Assembly (NCBI RefSeq): GCF_000237865.1
Contig: NC_017459.1
Coordinates: forward strand, 2,850,001 to 2,882,000
Direction of reading: 5' to 3'
DNA from: Haloquadratum walsbyi C23
GTDB taxonomy: Archaea > Halobacteriota > Halobacteria > Halobacteriales > Haloferacaceae
DNA: 32,000 bases
A program made the translations under genes and the position numbers. Positions 26,634 to 32,000 of the stretch are shown here, in pieces (the stretch's first letter is position 1; each line of letters begins with the position of its first letter). The notes beneath the pieces were generated by a model that searched no databases, was not told where the DNA came from, and worked only from the letters and a program-made list of their open reading frames with translations.

Positions 26634-27248
26634 CTAGAGGTCACTCCATGCACGGTAAAATCGCTGGATAGCCGTCAAATGACCGACAATCGCAAAGAAA
26701 AGCAATAGCCAGCCAACAACACTGAGATTAAGATAATATGTTGGTACGGTTGGGAGTGTTGTCACAGCAGCAAGCACACCTGTAATCCCGATCAACGCAA
26801 GTCGATCCGCTCGCCCAACAAGTCCCCCATATTCACGACCTAATCCGACGGCTTGGATTTGGGTTCCAAGATATGATGTCATCAAGACACCGGTGACTGC
26901 CACGAATCCGAGTGCGTAAGCGTCGGAACCAGCAGCAAGTCCGATAAGCATCGCAATATCCGCATACCGATCAAGCACATGATCAAGAAGATCACCATCC
27001 TCCGAGGAGACCCCGCGCTCGCGTGCAAGCGCTCCATCAACAAGATCAAGCCATCCATTCCAGAATACACATACAGCACCGAGAACATATGTAGTTGCGG
27101 TCGCGATTCCGAACGCTCCGCCAGCACCAACAGCAAATCCAAACGCAATAAGGCTGACACCGTTTGGTGATACCCCAAGTCGATCGACAACGTCAACGAA
27201 TGGGTCAAGCAATCTGTCTGCAACTGCACGGTATTGATCAAGTGTCAT
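26634..27248 (-). CDS. CDP-alcohol phosphatidyltransferase family protein (archaetidyl-headgroup synthase)
   Basis: 204 aa, polytopic. Signature DLVDGALAR-x8-G-x3-D-x3-D (DGALARERGVSSEDGDLLDHVLDRYAD). Confidence 0.85.
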   Translation of the reverse strand: MTLDQYRAVADRLLDPFVDVVDRLGVSPNGVSLIAFGFAVGAGGAFGIATATTYVLGAVCVFWNGWLDLVDGALARERGVSSEDGDLLDHVLDRYADIAMLIGLAAGSDAYALGFVAVTGVLMTSYLGTQIQAVGLGREYGGLVGRADRLALIGITGVLAAVTTLPTVPTYYLNLSVVGWLLLFFAIVGHLTAIQRFYRAWSDL

Positions 27249-27271
27249 GGGAGCATCACAAGTATGAGTTG

Positions 27272-27277
27272 TATTTA
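27272..27277 (-). promoter_or_regulatory. TATA-like box (TAAATA) for the CDP-alcohol phosphatidyltransferase gene
   Basis: 29 nt upstream of the ATG at 27248. Confidence 0.3.
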
Positions 27278-27302
27278 GGACAGCTGATTATTATCTCTCT
27301 GA

Positions 27303-27815
27303 TTATAATGCAGGAGTAAAATCGATAATGCCGACACGTGGAGACCGGTCCCCATTATATATATCCATTATTTCATCGGCGACTTCATCAGGTGACCGGT
27401 TAGTCGTATCTATCTCCCAGACATGCTCTTTGCCATGATGATGGACAGCTTCTGAAAGGATGAGATCAAGTGCCTCACTTTCAAGATTCTCCTTTATTGA
27501 TGCTGCTGACTCATTGGACTCCCGGAGGCGGCATTCAAGCTCTTCAGGGTGACATCGGAGGACAACAACGCCATCAACATCAAAATAATGAGCCAGATGT
27601 GATTCAATGATACCATCCCAATCACCAAGCCACGTGCTAACTGCCTCAAGATCAACCACAAGTGAATCGCGTTCTTGATCACGTGCTGTCGTGAATTCTG
27701 CCTCGCTCTCATGGATAATATCATTTAGGTGCGTGACAGACGTATCAGCGTGCTCAGTAGCAGTTGTCTTACCAGTGCCAGGCGTCCCCGTGACCGCGAG
27801 GCGTGACTGTGTCAT
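27303..27815 (-). CDS. AK6/Fap7-like adenylate kinase / NTPase
   Basis: 170 aa. P-loop VTGTPGTGKTT and a size typical of archaeal AK6. Its start overlaps the hisC stop (ATGA at 27812-27815). Confidence 0.7.
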   Translation of the reverse strand: MTQSRLAVTGTPGTGKTTATEHADTSVTHLNDIIHESEAEFTTARDQERDSLVVDLEAVSTWLGDWDGIIESHLAHYFDVDGVVVLRCHPEELECRLRESNESAASIKENLESEALDLILSEAVHHHGKEHVWEIDTTNRSPDEVADEIMDIYNGDRSPRVGIIDFTPAL

Positions 27816-28942
27816 GGTCGCCCTACCTCCGTTTCGACACCTGACTCGGTAGCCGTCGCTGCTGTTTCAACGTCTTCGATGACCGCTGAGATGATATCGA
27901 CGGCTCTTTTAGTTTGCTCGCGTGTCCCACACGAAATCCGGACGCATTCTGGCAGTCCGAAACTTGTTGTGTCACGAATAATGACACCTTCCTGTTTCGC
28001 AGCTTCAGCAACAGCATTTCCATCACCAACTTCACATAAGACAAAGTTCCCACCAGATGGCCATGTTCGGGCATCAAGTTCCTCACGGTAGTGCTCACGT
28101 GCCCATCGAGCAGTTTCAATCGAGTGCTCAACGTGTGATTGATCTTCAATTGCAGCAAGTGCGGCTTGACAGGCAGTCTTGTTCGCAGCAAATGGTGTAT
28201 TTATTCGCGCGTACGCATCAGCCCACGATTCGGGGACTGCTGCATAACCAATTCGTAATCCAGCAAGTCCATATGCCTTTGAAAATGTTCGAAGAACGGC
28301 GATATTATCATACTCCTGAATAAGCTTGATTGCTGATGGATTATTGCTGTATTCCCCGTATGCTTCATCAATGACAATGAGCGTCTGGTCGTCAACGCCC
28401 TCAGCTAGTGCAGTAATCTCCGGAATCGGTAGCTCTGATCCCGATGGATTATGCGGCGTTGTGACATATAGTAGCCGCTCATCATCATATTGTGTGAGAA
28501 TATCGCTTGCGCGCTGTTGGAAGTCTTGCTCCTTTGAAACCGGATATGTTCTGATACTCCCGTGGTGATACCGTGCTGACATTGGATAGTATGAAAAGCC
28601 CGGGTCGGAGATAAGCATTGTATCACCAGGGGTCAAAAACGCTCGTGATAAGTAATCAATCGCCCCATCAGCCCCGGGACTTAACCAGATTTGTTCAGGA
28701 GAGAGTCCCCAATAATCTGCAATCCGTGCTGTAAGGTCAGTGTGTGAACTCTTTGGGTATGTATTAACAGTCTCCGCGGTATCCGCAATCGCATCAACAG
28801 CGGCTGGGCTTGGTCCATGCGGATTTTCATTTGAAGAGAGTTTGATCAGCGAATCGGGATCAACCTCAAGCTCACGAGCCACCTCTTTCGTCCCTCGCCC
28901 AGGGACATATGGCTCGTGCGCGGAGAGATCTCTCGGTTGCAT
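27812..28942 (-). CDS. hisC: histidinol-phosphate aminotransferase
   Basis: 376 aa. LSSNENPHGPSP and the PLP-lysine motif RTFSKAYGLAGLRIGY. Confidence 0.9.
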   Translation of the reverse strand: MQPRDLSAHEPYVPGRGTKEVARELEVDPDSLIKLSSNENPHGPSPAAVDAIADTAETVNTYPKSSHTDLTARIADYWGLSPEQIWLSPGADGAIDYLSRAFLTPGDTMLISDPGFSYYPMSARYHHGSIRTYPVSKEQDFQQRASDILTQYDDERLLYVTTPHNPSGSELPIPEITALAEGVDDQTLIVIDEAYGEYSNNPSAIKLIQEYDNIAVLRTFSKAYGLAGLRIGYAAVPESWADAYARINTPFAANKTACQAALAAIEDQSHVEHSIETARWAREHYREELDARTWPSGGNFVLCEVGDGNAVAEAAKQEGVIIRDTTSFGLPECVRISCGTREQTKRAVDIISAVIEDVETAATATESGVETEVGRP

Positions 28943-28966
28943 ATCTAAATGCTGTTGCCCACCGGA

Positions 28967-28972
28967 CTTTAT
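28967..28972 (-). promoter_or_regulatory. weak TATA-like box (ATAAAG) for hisC
   Basis: 30 nt upstream of the ATG at 28942. Confidence 0.25.
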
Positions 28973-29085
28973 CCTAGCGCTTGAGCATCTCTACACTTCC
29001 AAGTGTCTTCTATATCTATCAGCGGATGCGATGTTGTTCAATATTCATTTTGTTGATATAGTCGATCAGTGATATAACCAACACC

Positions 29086-29402
29086 GGATGGGGTAGCCCG
29101 AGGCTTTTGTTATTCCCTCAGCCATGTATTAACACTACTCAGCAAGCGATCGGAATAAGAGTGGGCGGCTTACACCCCTCAACCTAGACAGACGCACCAA
29201 GTGTGCCTATATGTGGGGTTTGTGAGTATAGTAGATTGGTTCTTACTGTCGGGTTTTGCCTTCTCATGCTATGCGATGTTCACCGACGCATCCCGGTCAG
29301 CGTGATCTTATGCTATATCACACACTTGCTGGAGCGGAATCCTGAGATTCAAAGGTTATATTTCTGGGATGGCGGATTCCAGAGGGTGGGGTACTAGCTA
29401 GG
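29086..29402 (-). mobile_element. decayed relative of the 20.2-20.6 kb element (minus-strand orientation)
   Basis: The minus strand reads TTATTCC (29158-29152), then 35 nt, then GGAATAA (29116-29110), CAAA, and AAGCCTCGGGCTACCCCATCC (29106-29086). The 20.5-kb element has the same order: TTAATTCC...GGAATTAA...AAGCCTCGGGGCTTGACCCCGAGG. The 10-mer AAGCCTCGGG is identical. A weaker second copy (GCTAGTACCCCACCC) lies at 29399-29385. Confidence 0.25.
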
Positions 29403-29477
29403 AACGATAGGGCGGTATCAGAAGAAGTAGTCGAACAGTATATGGGGAAACCCGCCCTCACAGGTTATTGAGAGCTA

Positions 29478-31112
29478 TTACAATGTGTCAAAAATGGCAT
29501 CGGCTGCTCGTAATGACAATGCTGCGATTGTCAGAGTGGGATTCATCGCACCGCCTGTCGGGAACACTGAGGAGCCAACAACCCAGAGATTTGACAACTC
29601 ATGGGTGCGGCAGTCAGCGTTAACAACACTTTGATTCGGATTTGTGCCCATCCGCGTCGTCCCCATTTGATGATACGCTGGTCCTGTTGAGTCTGGTCCA
29701 ACAGTCCATTCAATCGATGCCCCGAGTGTTTCAAGAATTCGTCGCTGGATATTATTCGCCCGACGGATTGCACGGCTGGTTCGTTCATCGATTGACCACT
29801 CAACGTGTGGAACGGGATTTCCATGAGTATCAGTCTCTGAGTGATTCAGTGTAATCCGATTCGATGCGTGAGGTAACTGTTCAACGAGCCCACCAACAGC
29901 AATGTGGTTCCCGTATGATGCCTGCAACTGTTCAAGTAGTTCATCACCCCACGTATCGGCTGTAAGTGCTTTATTGACAGGTGATGGACCTGCATAGTTG
30001 AGGAATTCAAGTTTAATTCCCTCGACCGGAGACGTATCGTCATAAAATTGATGACACTCACTCGTATTGAACCCAACGTGATTCTGTCGTGTTGGTTCAT
30101 CAAGCTGACCACCAACTCCAGCGAAAAGATGATCTGTGAAGAATCGACCAACAGCGCCAGACGTATTAGCGAGTCCATCCGGGTGCTGATCAGATTGCGA
30201 TAATAGCAGCAGTCGTGCGTTCTCAACACCACCACAAGCAAGGACAAATCGCTGTGCAGACTGGTGATACTCAGTTCCGTCTGGGGTCATATAGACTGCT
30301 TTTTTAACTGCCTTACCGGTATCACCATGCACAAGTCGCTGAACCGGGGCTTGATCAATAATATGAGCGCCTGCTGATCGTGCTTTTTGAATATGAGACT
30401 CAGCAGTATATTTTGCACCTGACGGACAGACCGGTTTACACGTTCCATATCCCTGACATGCTGCTCGTCCATCATATCGTTCTGAATTTCGAGCATTTGG
30501 CACTGAGTGCATGTCAATTCCAAGTGTCTCACAGGCTGGGGCAAAAAGTGAATCCGAGTGAGAGGGTGGAAATGCTGGAAGCGGATGTGATGTCTCACGC
30601 GGCGGCGCATACGGATTGTCCATTGCACCAGCAACGCCAAGTGCTGACTCCGCAGCAGCATAATATGGGCGGAGATCAGTGTAATCAATCGGCCAATCCA
30701 CCCCAACGTCATATCGACTCTTCATCTCGAAGTCTCGTTCATGTAGTCGCATAACCATTCCCTGCCAGTGGAGAGTCGACCCTCCAACACCTTTCACACG
30801 CGCTGCATTCAATGGATAGCCGCGTCCTGCTGTCGTGTACGCGTCACGTTGGCCACCCATTTTCCATGGGTCACTCATTCCTGGTCGAATATGTTGCTCT
30901 TGTTGAGTGAGACGGTCTGCATCTGAGAACTCCGGACCTGCCTCGAGAATCACAACGTCCAAATCTTGATTTGCAAGCCGATATGCAATGAGTGCACCCG
31001 CTGGTCCTGCACCGACAATACAGACGTCGGCTTGCTCACTTGGTGTCCGATCTTGTGCATTATCGTCACTATCGTTATTTGATATCGCAGATGTGGCTGC
31101 TGGGCTATTCAT
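29478..31112 (-). CDS. GMC-family FAD-dependent oxidoreductase (large subunit of a gluconate-2-dehydrogenase-like enzyme)
   Basis: 544 aa. FAD motif VCIVGAGPAGALIA and the C-terminal catalytic region HQMGTTRMG. No N-terminal signal peptide. Confidence 0.85.
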   Translation of the reverse strand: MNSPAATSAISNNDSDDNAQDRTPSEQADVCIVGAGPAGALIAYRLANQDLDVVILEAGPEFSDADRLTQQEQHIRPGMSDPWKMGGQRDAYTTAGRGYPLNAARVKGVGGSTLHWQGMVMRLHERDFEMKSRYDVGVDWPIDYTDLRPYYAAAESALGVAGAMDNPYAPPRETSHPLPAFPPSHSDSLFAPACETLGIDMHSVPNARNSERYDGRAACQGYGTCKPVCPSGAKYTAESHIQKARSAGAHIIDQAPVQRLVHGDTGKAVKKAVYMTPDGTEYHQSAQRFVLACGGVENARLLLLSQSDQHPDGLANTSGAVGRFFTDHLFAGVGGQLDEPTRQNHVGFNTSECHQFYDDTSPVEGIKLEFLNYAGPSPVNKALTADTWGDELLEQLQASYGNHIAVGGLVEQLPHASNRITLNHSETDTHGNPVPHVEWSIDERTSRAIRRANNIQRRILETLGASIEWTVGPDSTGPAYHQMGTTRMGTNPNQSVVNADCRTHELSNLWVVGSSVFPTGGAMNPTLTIAALSLRAADAIFDTL

Positions 31113-31722
31113 TTGATTGTTGATTTGAATCGGTGTTTATTCCAGGACGTTGATAGCTTTTGATACCACCAGGGTGTCCTACGGGATTCTCAATACCAAC
31201 AAGACTCCCTCCTGTCGGTGTCGTATAAAGTGCATACAGAAGATCATCAATAAGATAAAATCGAATCTGTTCAGAGATTGTTCCATCATCGATTGGGTCG
31301 GCTGTGTCGACTCCAAGATTATCAAGAAGCGTATCTGCAGTCGATGAACTTACTGCGGCATATGGGGTATCATACCAATCACGGGCAACCGCGTCAAGTT
31401 CAACTGCTGCATCGACCATCCCCTCGCGATATGCTGGGCGATTAGCTGTCCGTGCTTGTGTATATCGTGCAACAAACTCACGCCGATTCTCAACAGTGCT
31501 TGGATATATGACGGCTGCAACCGCATCAAGTAAATCAATGACTGCTTCACTAAGCCCCTCAGTGGCTGTACTACCTTGATTTGTCACCGGTGATACGGTA
31601 TTCGATGCTGACTTACCGGATGAACCGCCAAAGTCAGTCAGTTCAATCGACATAGCACCGGCTCCAACACTAATGCCAGCAGCTGTCAGTGCAGCAATTA
31701 CATCGCGTCGAGTCAGTTCCAC
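31105..31722 (-). CDS. gluconate 2-dehydrogenase subunit 3-like small subunit with twin-arginine signal
   Basis: 205 aa. The N-terminus MELTRRDVIAALTAAGISVGAGA is Tat-signal-like. It overlaps the start of the GMC gene by 8 nt. I assign the family from context and memory. Confidence 0.6.
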   Translation of the reverse strand: MELTRRDVIAALTAAGISVGAGAMSIELTDFGGSSGKSASNTVSPVTNQGSTATEGLSEAVIDLLDAVAAVIYPSTVENRREFVARYTQARTANRPAYREGMVDAAVELDAVARDWYDTPYAAVSSSTADTLLDNLGVDTADPIDDGTISEQIRFYLIDDLLYALYTTPTGGSLVGIENPVGHPGGIKSYQRPGINTDSNQQSNE

Positions 31723-32000
31723 GCCAAGAGATTAGGTGAGCCTAAACTTAGCTATTGTGTCTGAATACGAGATGTGTAGGATAATAAAGTACACACAGCT
31801 CTAGAGATACATATTTGACATCCTCCCGCGTGTAAAGACCTGTCTCTTACCCATAAGTCGTCCCGACAAGATGGACAGGGCAAAGCGGTGAAAATTGCTT
31901 TATCATCGGGAGTTGAGAGTCTCATCCCGAGCAACCGGGTATGCCGACGACGAGTTGACCCGGTTTGAGCAGCCCCTATAGCCCGATCGGCAATCCCAAT

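Noticed and set aside
29203-29397. 64-aa ORF (GTG start) in the hisC/GMC spacer, and the 60-aa ORF 31752..31934 at the window edge, as genes
   Set aside because: Both are Cys/Arg-rich and non-acidic with no recognisable domains. They lie in the regions interpreted as decayed element DNA. The second may be part of a longer frame reaching the window edge, but it cannot be called from here.

Overview
This looks like a core chromosomal segment of a halophilic archaeon with unusually low G+C. The proteins are acidic (Asp/Glu-rich), the spacers are AT-rich, and TATA hexamers sit 29-31 nt upstream of many ATGs, which implies leaderless mRNAs. A Haloquadratum-like origin is inference only. I call 28 protein genes, nearly all housekeeping. 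They are: an ahb-like siroheme decarboxylase (partial), sirC, hemA, a pterin-4a-carbinolamine dehydratase, a HAD hydrolase, two tandem moeA paralogs, hsp20 plus an ABC1 kinase, aIF5A plus agmatinase, surE, tyrA plus an Rsm22-like methyltransferase, an M24 peptidase, an Lrp regulator, 2-oxoacid:ferredoxin oxidoreductase alpha/beta, aroC, aroA, dinB, tpiA, mbf1, a CDP-alcohol phosphatidyltransferase, an AK6/Fap7-like kinase, hisC, and a GMC flavoprotein dehydrogenase with a Tat-signal small subunit. I recognised no rRNA, tRNA, CRISPR array, defence or toxin-antitoxin genes, and no obviously novel protein system. The gene list does not explain the long spacers. Five of the eight gaps longer than 250 bp contain G+C-rich, hairpin-dense modules with no ORF of 60 aa or more that is convincing. 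The clearest is at 20189-20559: a 22-nt perfect direct repeat, itself a palindromic hairpin, bounds a structured core of about 320 bp. A decayed relative lies at 29086-29402 on the other strand. I read these as non-autonomous IS200/IS605 (IS1341/TnpB-type) derivatives, PATE-like, that may still encode omega-RNA/sotRNA-like transcripts although the window has no tnpA or tnpB. That reading is a hypothesis that needs database and RNA evidence. All other findings are modest gene-context observations.
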